In this document: in pieces, positions 54,590 through 64,000 of the stretch
Numbering within the stretch: the first letter of the stretch is position 1
How the letters are laid out: every line of letters starts with the position of its first letter
Assembly: GCA_963771275.1 (NCBI GenBank)
Contig: CAVYSW010000003.1
Location: 416,001-480,000, forward strand
DNA from: an uncultured Gemmatimonadales bacterium
Lineage (GTDB): Bacteria > Gemmatimonadota > Gemmatimonadetes > Gemmatimonadales > GWC2-71-9
Direction of reading: 5' to 3'
Length of the DNA: 64,000 bases
Notes under the pieces: generated by a model
The model's database searches: none
Seen by the model: only the letters and a program-made list of their open reading frames with translations
Told to the model about the DNA's origin: nothing
Made by a program: the position numbers and the translations under genes

Positions 54590-55144
54590 CAGGGCCCGCA
54601 GGGTTGCGAGCGTCTCCTCGCCGTAGAACAGCCGAATGTACTTCGCCTGCACGGGCGTGAGCCGGCGCACGGCCCAGGTCAGGTGGACGAAGTGCGGCTC
54701 GGTGGGAGGCCGCACGGGGTACATGCCGCACTCGTCCGGCAGGTGATTGCCTTTGCGCGTGTTGCAGGTGGAGCAGGCCGTGACCACGTTGGTCCAGTCG
54801 TTGCTGCCGCCCCGCGAGATCGGCACGAGGTGATCGCGGGTGAGGCACTCGCGATGCCGGAAGTCCATCGCGTTCCGGCTGCAGAACTGGCAGCGGTACT
54901 CGTCACGCGCGAACAGGAAGGTGTTCGTGACCTGGCGGCGGAACCGGCGCGGGACGTGGACGAACCGGACCAGTCGGATCACGACCGGGCGCGGCACGGC
55001 CATCGTGGAGCTCCGCACCACGCGCCCCGGATCCGACTCGACGATCTCCGCCTTGCCGTCGATCACCAAGCGAAGCGCGCGCCGCACCGGAACCATGGTG
55101 AGCGGCTCGAACGACGCGTTGAGAGCAAGACAGCGCACGTGCAT
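54587..55144 (-). CDS. HNH endonuclease (McrA-like)
   Basis: LALNASFEPL, RDEYRCQFC, TRDHLVPISRGG..WTNVVTACSTCNTRKG. Confidence 0.92.
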   Translation of the reverse strand: MHVRCLALNASFEPLTMVPVRRALRLVIDGKAEIVESDPGRVVRSSTMAVPRPVVIRLVRFVHVPRRFRRQVTNTFLFARDEYRCQFCSRNAMDFRHRECLTRDHLVPISRGGSNDWTNVVTACSTCNTRKGNHLPDECGMYPVRPPTEPHFVHLTWAVRRLTPVQAKYIRLFYGEETLATLRAL

Positions 55145-55270
55145 AGCGAAAAGTCGCGATCGAAACCCGACGGGCTCCACTGCCAGACGGGACCTCCGTG
55201 AAGCATGCAGTTTAGCGGGCGGTACAACCGGGGTGCAAGCGGCGTGGGGTCGTCGGGCGGGAACCGCGGC

Positions 55271-56703
55271 TCATTCCGGGGCGTTCGGGGGCCGGCCGAA
55301 GAGCTGGTGGAGCTCACGGAGTTGGCGGCGCACGGCCTCCCGGGATGACCCGCCCGTGGTCGCGCGGCGCTCCACCGACGCCTCCCAGTCCCCCAGGGAG
55401 GCCAGCAGATCGGGGAACGCCGGGTGAATCGCCGCCGCTCGCGCCCCCGGCACGAGGCTCACGGGCGAACCGAGCGCCTCGGCCTCTTTCACCAGGCACC
55501 CCACCAGCCCGTGCGCTTCCCGGAACGGTACGCCGCGCAGCACCAGCCCGTCGGCCAGATCGGTGGCGAGCAGGCTGGGATCGAGGGCGGCACGCATCCG
55601 CTCGGGCACAGGCTGCAGCGTGTCCACCGCCCCTCGCACGGCGGGCAGCACGACCGCCATCGTGTCCACGGCATCGAACAGGTACGCCTTGTCTTCCTGG
55701 AGATCCTTGCTGTATCCGGCCGGCAGGCCCTTGAGAGTCCCCAGCAAGCCGACCAAGTCGGCGAGCGTGCGCGCGGCCTTGGCCCGCGCCAGCTCGAGCA
55801 CGTCGGGGTTCCGCTTCTGCGGCAGGAGGCTCGAGCCCGTGCAGAACTCGTCGGCCAGCCGGACGAACCCGAACTCGGCTGATGCGTAGGTCACGAGCTC
55901 GCCGGCGAGCCGCGAGACGTGGGTGGCGAGCAACGTCAGGCCGAACAGGCACTCCGCCACGAAGTCGCGGTCACCGGTCGCGTCGAGCGCGTTTGCGGCG
56001 ACGCGCGCGAACCCGAGCGTTCGCGCGAGGCGGTCCCGGTCCACCGGGATGCCGGATCCCGCCACGGCCCCGGACCCGAGCGGCAGCTCGGACAGCCGGT
56101 CGGCGGCCTGGGCCAGTCGCGCCCGGTCACGCGTGAGCGGCCAGGCGTGGGCGAGCAGCACGTATCCCCACCGCACCGGCTGGGCAGGCTGGCCGTGGGT
56201 GTACGCCGGCACCAGGAGGTCGACCCCCTCGGCGGCCCGCGCGCACAGGGCCTGCCCGAGCGCCGCGATCCCGGCGTCGACCTCCGCCAGGGTCTCGCGA
56301 GCCCACAGCCGAAGGTCGGTGGCGACCTGATCGTTGCGCGAGCGACCCGTATTGAGCTTGCCGGCGACGGGGCCCACCGCTTCGTACAGCAGGCGCTCCA
56401 CCAGGGTGTGGACGTCCTCGTCAGGGGCGTCCCGCGCGGCGCCCGCCGCGAGTCGCTCGGTGACGCGATCGAGCCCGTCGGCGAGCAGCTTGACCTCCGG
56501 CGCGTCGAGCACGCCCGCGAGGCCGAGGGCCCCGACCCACGCGCGGGCGGCTCTGACGTCCTGCGGCCAGAGCCGCTGATCCACCGGGAGGCTGCGGTTG
56601 AGCTGATCGAGCGCCGCTGCGGGGCCGGCGGCGAACCGGCCTCCCCACATCTGATGTGCCTGGCCGGGGGGGCCGGTCGTCGACGAGGCAGGCCGGTCCG
56701 GCA

Positions 56704-56704
<1 letters not shown>
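55271..56704 (-). CDS. argH: Argininosuccinate lyase
   Basis: MWGGRF, GRSRNDQVATD, GSSLLPQKRNPD, YSKDLQEDK. Confidence 0.96.
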
Positions 56705-57927
<1,223 letters not shown>

Positions 57928-57933
57928 CGCCGC

Positions 57934-57971
57934 TCCGTATGATTATGCAGTGAGGTGCATAAGCATACATT
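57934..57971. promoter_or_regulatory. Tandem ARG boxes (ArgR operator) immediately upstream of argG
   Basis: Cores CGTATGATTATGCA (57936-57949) and TGCATAAGCATACA (57956-57969), 20 bp apart, matching TGNAT-N4-ATNCA; AT-rich island in GC-rich DNA. Confidence 0.85.
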
Positions 57972-57986
57972 CGCGGAGGTGGCCGT

Positions 57987-58439
57987 TCAAGGGCCGGTGG
58001 CGAGCGCCGCGAGGCGGGCGGCGACCCGCCGGCGGGCGGCGGGGCTGCGTGTCACCAGCAGCAGGGTGTCGTCCCCGGCGATCGTGCCCACGACGCCGGG
58101 CCACGCCGCCCGATCGAGCGCGATGCCGAGCGCATTGGCGCTCCCCGCCGGCGTCCGCACGACGAGCAGCGGCCCCACCCCGTCGACCGACAGCGCGAGT
58201 GCCGCCACGAGCTGGTCGAGCGACGGGTGGACCGGATCGGCCGCCGGTGGCGCCGCATAGTGCGCCCCGCCGGCGGGATCGGCGACCTTCGCAAGCCCGA
58301 GGTCGCGGATGTCGCGGGACAGCGTGGCCTGCGTGACCTCGAACCCCTCGGCCCGCAGCAACTCCCGCAGGCGCTGCTGGCTTGCGATCCGGTGCCGCCG
58401 GACGAGGGCGAGGATGGCGGTGTGTCGCTGCGATTTCAT
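57987..58439 (-). CDS. argR: Arginine repressor
   Basis: VTQATLSRDIRDLG, VRTPAGSA, GTIAGDDT. Confidence 0.96.
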   Translation of the reverse strand: MKSQRHTAILALVRRHRIASQQRLRELLRAEGFEVTQATLSRDIRDLGLAKVADPAGGAHYAAPPAADPVHPSLDQLVAALALSVDGVGPLLVVRTPAGSANALGIALDRAAWPGVVGTIAGDDTLLLVTRSPAARRRVAARLAALATGP

Positions 58440-58480
58440 GATCGTTGACGGATGCGAGAATTGAGCGTAATTCTCTCCCC

Positions 58481-59443
58481 ATGACGTGCCGACGGGTGGT
58501 GGCGGCAGCCGGCCTCGTACCGATCCTGGCCTTCGGCGGGTGCCGCGACGGCACGGCCCCCCCACCGGAGGTGCCGGTCCGCACCATTCTGTTCCACCGT
58601 CAAGATACCGGCGAGAACCTGTTGCTCAACACCGACGGGTCCAGCGCGGGCGCCTTCACGCCGGCGGCCCCGGGGATGATCCCGATTGGCGCGAGCTCCG
58701 TGGGGCGCATTGCCGTGCTGCTCAACGGGGGTGCGGTCGTGCTGGCGACCCTCGACCATTCCGAGCGGCTCGACACGATCATCAACCCGGCCCCGGCCGT
58801 GCTCTCGCTGGCCTCGTTCTCCCGCGACGAGGCGCTCGTCGCGCTGGTCTCGTACCTGGATCGCGCGATCCTCGTGTACGATCGCGCGAACCACCGCGTG
58901 GATACCCTGCCGTACGGCGCAATCGAGCCCGCCCTCCCCCCGTTGCTCGGTCCGGACCGCGACCGCGTCGTCGTGTTCAGCGTCACTCCCCTTTCGCTGT
59001 TCATCACGCAGCTCTCCCGCTCCGACCCGAACCGGCTGCGGACCGCCGCAGTGGGTGTCGCCCGGGTGATTACCCGCCCGATCTTCGGGTGGCCGCTCTG
59101 GACCGACGACGGCATCGTGATGGCGTTCGTGCGCGTGGCGACGGTCGGCCCGGACACGCTGGTCGTCGGCCGGATCGACCCGGACGCGCCGGACGCGCCG
59201 CTGGTGGAGCTCTACCAGGCGCTGATGGCGCCGGGCAGCGACGGGCATGTGGAGCTGGGGATCGGCGAGTTCTCGACCTACGCGCTCGCCGCGGACGGCA
59301 ACACGCTCGTGCTCGGCGCCCAGACGTTGGCCGGGGCGAACCGTCAGGCGCTCTACCTCGTCTCCCCCATGGCGGCCCGGGTGCAGCCGCTGCTCGACGT
59401 CACGGGGCAGAACCCGATCTATCCGCTGTTCTTCCGCGAGTAG
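58481..59443 (+). CDS. Hypothetical lipoprotein, TolB-like beta-propeller
   Basis: Lipobox-like FGGC, repeated beta-blade patterns. Confidence 0.65.
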   Translation: MTCRRVVAAAGLVPILAFGGCRDGTAPPPEVPVRTILFHRQDTGENLLLNTDGSSAGAFTPAAPGMIPIGASSVGRIAVLLNGGAVVLATLDHSERLDTIINPAPAVLSLASFSRDEALVALVSYLDRAILVYDRANHRVDTLPYGAIEPALPPLLGPDRDRVVVFSVTPLSLFITQLSRSDPNRLRTAAVGVARVITRPIFGWPLWTDDGIVMAFVRVATVGPDTLVVGRIDPDAPDAPLVELYQALMAPGSDGHVELGIGEFSTYALAADGNTLVLGAQTLAGANRQALYLVSPMAARVQPLLDVTGQNPIYPLFFRE

Positions 59444-59463
59444 CGCTCCCGGGCGGCCCGCGC

Positions 59464-61635
59464 TCAGCGCCCGTCCGCCGAGCGGCCAGCGCCGATGCGG
59501 AGGCTGATCCCCGCCCGGAACGGCGAGTGGATCGGGCAGAACTCCGTCGGCTCGGTCCCGGGCAGGAACCACTCGAAGTCCCGCGCCTGCGGCGGGCAGA
59601 AATCGGTGAACCGGTAGCCGGTCGTGTTGTCGATCGCGCGGTTGATCAGGCCGTCGGGCCGCGGCCAGTCGGCCGGGGCGGGACGCCGCTCGTAGACGTC
59701 GGTCATGTAGGTCGTCCACGCGGGGGCGGCCAGCACGCCGCCCGCGGCCCGTGCCTTGATCTTCTGCGGCTGGTCGAGGCCGATCCAGACCCCGGTCACC
59801 AGCTCCGGCGTGAACCCGATGAACCACACATCGGTGCCGTCGTTGGTGGTGCCCGTCTTCCCTCCCGCCGGCAGCCGGAACCCGCCCTGCACCCGCACGG
59901 CCGAGTACGCGGTCCCGTGGTCCACGACGTCCTTCAGCACGCTGGTCAGCAGCCAGGCGGGCGGCGTGTCCATCACCCGGTCGCGCCGGACCTGGGGCTC
60001 CCACACGATGTCGCCCTTGCCGTCTTCCACGCGCAGGATGCCGAGCGGCGCCGCCCGCGTGCCCAGCGTCGCAAATGCCGTGAAGGCAGACACCATCTCG
60101 AGCGGGATCACGTCGGCCGAGCCGATGAACATCGAGGGGTAGGTGGGGACGGGTGTCGAGATTCCGAACCGCTGGGCTTCGCCGCGCACCGCCGGCACGC
60201 CGAGCTCCAGCCCGAGGCGGATCGCCACCAGGTTGCGCGACAGCATGAGCCCGCGCCTGAGGGTCATCGGGCCGCGGAAGTCGCCCTCGTAGTTCTGCGG
60301 CTCCCAGGGCATCGAATCGCCCGGCTCGAGGCGGCTGATGGGGGCGTCGTCGATGATGTGGGACAGCGGGATGCCGGCCCGGATCGCCGCCGCGTACACG
60401 AATGGCTTGAACGTAGACCCGGCCTGGCGCCGTGCCTGGGTCGCGCGGTTGAACTTCGAATCCTCGAAATCCCGGCCGCCCACCATCGCCCGGACGTACC
60501 CCGTGGTCGCATCGAGCGTGATCAGCGCGCCCTGCAGGTACGGCGTGTTGACGTGATCGCCCGGCGCCGCCCCGCGCTCGAGGTAGTCCGCGTATGGCAG
60601 GTGCCGGTACAAGCCGAACGCCCCACCCTCGATCGCCCGCAGCTGGTCCTCGAGCGCGCGCTCGGCGGCGAGCTGCATGTCGAGGTCGAGGGTGGTATAC
60701 ACGCGATAGCCGCGCTCGAACGTGGCGGTGCCGAGCCGGGCGTACACCTGCTGCCGCACCCACTCGACGAAGTACGGCGCCACCTCGCCGAAGTCCTGGC
60801 GCGAGCTCAGGGCGATGGGATAGGCCTTCCACCGCTCCGCCTCGGCGCGGGTCAGGTAGCCCTGGTCGCGCAGCAGATTGAGCACGAGGTTGCGGCGTTG
60901 CAGGGCGCGGTCGGGATGGCGCCGGGGCTCGTAGTAGTTCGGATATCTCGCGATCCCCGCCAGCAGCGCCGCCTCCGCCACATTCACCCTGGCCGCGGGC
61001 TTGCCGAAATACGTCTGTGCAGCGGCTTCCACGCCATAGGCGCTGCCGCCCAGGAGGATCTGGTTGAGATACAGCTCGAGGATCTTCCGTTTGGGAAACG
61101 TCCGCTCCAGCTCGAGCGCGACGCGGACCTCGCGCAGCTTCCGCGTCAGCGACTTGGTGCTCGGCAGCTTCTCGCTGAACACGTTGCGCGCGAGCTGCAT
61201 GGTCAGGGTGGAGAACCCCTCGGCGAAGCGCCGCTGGATGATGTTGGTCGCGAGGGCCCCGAAGAACCGCCGGTAGTCGATGCCGTGGTGCTCGAAGAAG
61301 CGCTTGTCCTCGATCGCGATGAACGCGGCGGGCAGGGCCGGCGGCAGCTCGTCGAGCCGCACGACGGTGCGTCGCTCCAGGCCGAGGCTGGTGATCAGGC
61401 GGCCGTCGGCCGCGTAGATCTTGAGCGCTTCGGTGGGGCGGTAGGCATCGAGCGCGCCGATCGACGGGCAGTTCCCGCCGGCGCACGCCCGCGTCCACGA
61501 GCCCCAGGCGACGCCGCCCACGAGCCCGCAGACGGCGAGCGCGCCCACCAGGGCACGCTGCTGGGCGTGCGGGGATTGCAGGAACCAGGTCCACCAGCGG
61601 CGGGCCACCCGCCCCAGCGACTGCACGAAGGTCAT
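59464..61635 (-). CDS. Class A penicillin-binding protein (PBP1A family)
   Basis: EDKRFFEHHG, STLTMQLARN, RKLRE, GSTFKP, SRN, KTGT. Confidence 0.96.
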   Translation of the reverse strand: MTFVQSLGRVARRWWTWFLQSPHAQQRALVGALAVCGLVGGVAWGSWTRACAGGNCPSIGALDAYRPTEALKIYAADGRLITSLGLERRTVVRLDELPPALPAAFIAIEDKRFFEHHGIDYRRFFGALATNIIQRRFAEGFSTLTMQLARNVFSEKLPSTKSLTRKLREVRVALELERTFPKRKILELYLNQILLGGSAYGVEAAAQTYFGKPAARVNVAEAALLAGIARYPNYYEPRRHPDRALQRRNLVLNLLRDQGYLTRAEAERWKAYPIALSSRQDFGEVAPYFVEWVRQQVYARLGTATFERGYRVYTTLDLDMQLAAERALEDQLRAIEGGAFGLYRHLPYADYLERGAAPGDHVNTPYLQGALITLDATTGYVRAMVGGRDFEDSKFNRATQARRQAGSTFKPFVYAAAIRAGIPLSHIIDDAPISRLEPGDSMPWEPQNYEGDFRGPMTLRRGLMLSRNLVAIRLGLELGVPAVRGEAQRFGISTPVPTYPSMFIGSADVIPLEMVSAFTAFATLGTRAAPLGILRVEDGKGDIVWEPQVRRDRVMDTPPAWLLTSVLKDVVDHGTAYSAVRVQGGFRLPAGGKTGTTNDGTDVWFIGFTPELVTGVWIGLDQPQKIKARAAGGVLAAPAWTTYMTDVYERRPAPADWPRPDGLINRAIDNTTGYRFTDFCPPQARDFEWFLPGTEPTEFCPIHSPFRAGISLRIGAGRSADGR

Positions 61636-61742
61636 TGCGCGAAACCTAGCGGCGGCCCGGACGCCGTGCCAGCGACGCGGGCCGCTGGACGCGCGCCCGC
61701 CGCGCGGCTAGGGTTCCTGTCACTCGACCCACGGCCTCCCAG

Positions 61743-62999
61743 ATGACGACGCTGCTCGACGAGCTCACGTGGCGCGGTCTCGTGCACGACCAGACCCCCG
61801 GCATCGCGGGGCGGCTGGCGCAGGGGCCGATCACCGGGTATGTCGGGTTCGACCCCACGGCCCCCAGCCTGCAGGTCGGCAACCTCGTGCCGCTGATGCT
61901 GCTCGCGCGGCTGCAGCGGGCCGGCGGCACGCCGGTCGTCGTGCTGGGTGGCGGAACAGGCTTGATCGGGGACCCGAGCGGCAAGCGCGCCGAGCGGCCC
62001 CTGCTCACCGCGGAGCAGGTCGCCGCGAACACCGCGCGGCAGCGGCGCCAGTTCGAGCGCTTCCTCGACTTCGACGGCGCGCGCGGGGCGCGCATGGTGG
62101 ACAACGCCGACTGGCTGACGGGCCTCCACCTGGTGGACTTCCTGCGGGACATCGGCAAGCACTTCACCCTTGGCTACATGCTGCAGAAGGAATCGGTCCG
62201 CGGCCGCCTCGAGGCCGGGATATCCTACACCGAATTCAGCTACATGCTCCTCCAGGCGTACGACTTCCTGGAGCTGTACCGCCGCCATGGCTGCGAGCTG
62301 CAGCTGGGCGGCAGCGACCAGTGGGGCAACATCACGGCGGGCATCGAGCTGATCCGACGGGTCGTGGGTGGCGAGGCGCACGGGCTGTCCGCACCGCTGA
62401 TCACGACGGTGGCGGGCACCAAGTTCGGCAAGAGCGAGGGCCAGAGCGTGTGGCTCGATCCCGCCCTGACGTCGCCCTACCAGTTCTACCAGTTCTGGAT
62501 CAACGTCGACGACCGCGACGTCGAGCGCTACCTCAAGACGTTCACCTACCGGGATCGCGCCGAGATCGCGCAGCTCATGGCGGAGCAGGTGCGTGAGCCC
62601 GGGGCACGCACCGCGCACCGCGCGTTGGCCGCCGACGTGACGGCCCTGGTGCACGGGGCGGCCGCGGCCGCGGGCGCCGCCGAAGCGAGCCGCGTGCTGT
62701 TCGGCGAGCTGGATCCCGACCGGGCGGCACCCCCAACGTGGGCCATGCTCGCGGCGGAGCTGCCGCATGCGGTCCTGCCGGGTGACGTCACGCCGGAGGC
62801 GCCCGCGCTGGATTTGGTGGCGCGCACCAGCCTGGTCACGTCGCGGAGCGACGCGCGCCGGCAGATCGCGCAGGGCGGGATCGCGCTGAACGGCAGGCGG
62901 GTGACCGACGGGGGGGTGACGGGCACGCCGCTGGCCGGCGGGTACTACTGGGTGCAGCGCGGCAAGAAGCACAGCTTCGTGTTCACGCCCGGTCCCTGA
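61743..62999 (+). CDS. tyrS: Tyrosine--tRNA ligase
   Basis: YVGFDPTA, LQAYDF, GGSDQWGNI, KFGKS, S4 domain. Confidence 0.97.
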   Translation: MTTLLDELTWRGLVHDQTPGIAGRLAQGPITGYVGFDPTAPSLQVGNLVPLMLLARLQRAGGTPVVVLGGGTGLIGDPSGKRAERPLLTAEQVAANTARQRRQFERFLDFDGARGARMVDNADWLTGLHLVDFLRDIGKHFTLGYMLQKESVRGRLEAGISYTEFSYMLLQAYDFLELYRRHGCELQLGGSDQWGNITAGIELIRRVVGGEAHGLSAPLITTVAGTKFGKSEGQSVWLDPALTSPYQFYQFWINVDDRDVERYLKTFTYRDRAEIAQLMAEQVREPGARTAHRALAADVTALVHGAAAAAGAAEASRVLFGELDPDRAAPPTWAMLAAELPHAVLPGDVTPEAPALDLVARTSLVTSRSDARRQIAQGGIALNGRRVTDGGVTGTPLAGGYYWVQRGKKHSFVFTPGP

Positions 63000-63405
63000 T
63001 CCGGGCCGCCATCGCTTCGAGCGCCGACCGGTCGGCTTCCCGCGGATAGTCCTTCGGGAACCGCAGGCCGAACGCATCCGCCCGGAAGCGGGGCAGGACA
63101 TGCAGGTGCAGATGGAACACCGTCTGCCCGGCCGCACGCCCGTTGGCCGTCCACACGTTGAACCCATCCGCCCCCGCCGCCGCCACGACGGCGGGCGCCA
63201 GCCGGCCGGACACCGCGAACAGCCGGCCCGCAAGGTCCCCCGGGCAGGCGACGAGATCCTCGATGTGCGTCTTCGGGACCACGATGGTGTGGCCGGCGTG
63301 CACGGGGTAGAGGTCGAGGAACGCGGCGATCTGGTCGTCTTCGTAGACGAAGGCGGCCGGCGCGTCACGCCGCAGAATCCGGCAGAACACGCAGGCGCCG
63401 CTCAT
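62983..63405 (-). CDS. HIT family protein
   Basis: CVFCRI, AGQTVFHLHLHVLPR. Confidence 0.93.
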   Translation of the reverse strand: MSGACVFCRILRRDAPAAFVYEDDQIAAFLDLYPVHAGHTIVVPKTHIEDLVACPGDLAGRLFAVSGRLAPAVVAAAGADGFNVWTANGRAAGQTVFHLHLHVLPRFRADAFGLRFPKDYPREADRSALEAMAARIRDRA

Positions 63406-64000
63406 CGCGCCGCGAGCAGGGTCGCGACCCGCTCGACCTCGTCGATCGTGTTGTAGAAGTGCGGCGAGAGCCGGATGTTGCCTTCGCGGAGCGAGCACTT
63501 CACCCCCGCCTCGCGCAGGCGAGCGAAGGCCGCCGTCACGTCCCGCGTGCGCACGCACCAGATGGCGGAGTCGTGCTCCGCGTCGAGCGGCGAGACGATG
63601 GCGAACGCGCCGCGCGCCGCCCGCTCGGCGAGCGGCGCGCGCAGGCTCCGCAGGTAGCCCGCGATGCGGTCGGCACCGGCCTCGCGCAGCAGCTCGAGGC
63701 TCGCCGTCATCCCCGCGATGTCCTGATAGGGGAGGCTGGCCAGCTCGAACCGCCGCGCGTCGGCATGGAACGTGACGTCGTAGTCCGTGAGTCGCGAGAA
63801 ATCGTCCGTCCCCCGGAACGACAGCCAGCCGGTGAACCGCGGCACGAGCTCGGCAATCAGCTCGCGGCGCACGTACAGGAACCCCGATCCCCAGGGCGCC
63901 AGCAGCCACTTCTGGCCGCCGCAGGCGAGCAGGTCCACTGGCGTTTCGCGCACGTCGAACGGCAGCTGCCCGAGCCCCTGAATCGCGTCGATCGCGAGGT
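63402..64000 (-). CDS. Aminotransferase class V PLP enzyme (C-terminal part, truncated by window edge)
   Basis: IDAIQGLG, GGQKWLLAPWGSGFLY, IRLSPHFYNT. Confidence 0.88.
   Translation of the reverse strand, partial: LAIDAIQGLGQLPFDVRETPVDLLACGGQKWLLAPWGSGFLYVRRELIAELVPRFTGWLSFRGTDDFSRLTDYDVTFHADARRFELASLPYQDIAGMTASLELLREAGADRIAGYLRSLRAPLAERAARGAFAIVSPLDAEHDSAIWCVRTRDVTAAFARLREAGVKCSLREGNIRLSPHFYNTIDEVERVATLLAAR

Noticed and set aside
54587..55144. HNH as a homing endonuclease or defence system
   Set aside because: No intron/intein context and no methyltransferase partner; it resembles a common stand-alone family.

Overview
This is a GC-rich bacterial chromosomal window. The gene repertoire (GWxTD-TPR protein, TonB receptor, remnants of Ser/Thr kinase-TolB-TPR genes) suggests Gemmatimonadota, which is an inference. 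Most of it is housekeeping: F1 ATP synthase atpAGDC, mlaEFD, a sigma-70 factor, a 7-tRNA operon, rho-ruvX-mltG, fdhF, argRGH with a tandem ARG box, PBP1A and tyrS. Two loci stand out. (1) A four-helix-bundle (23S rRNA IVP/bAvd-like) gene is enclosed by inverted heptamer arrays, (TAGCCGA)8 and (CGGCTAT)17+5. Gene-less copies of the same inverted heptamer pair, and other 7/8-mer inverted arrays, lie in other intergenic gaps, which suggests an undescribed stem-loop-bounded element family. (2) A tight tdh-acpS-ACP-kbl-metX::hom-acsA operon suggests carrier-protein-based acetyl transfer linking Thr/Gly and Met metabolism. Several frameshifts (waaA, CPBP protease, AI-2E) may be consensus errors. No CRISPR array, rRNA, transposase, integrase or reverse transcriptase was seen.
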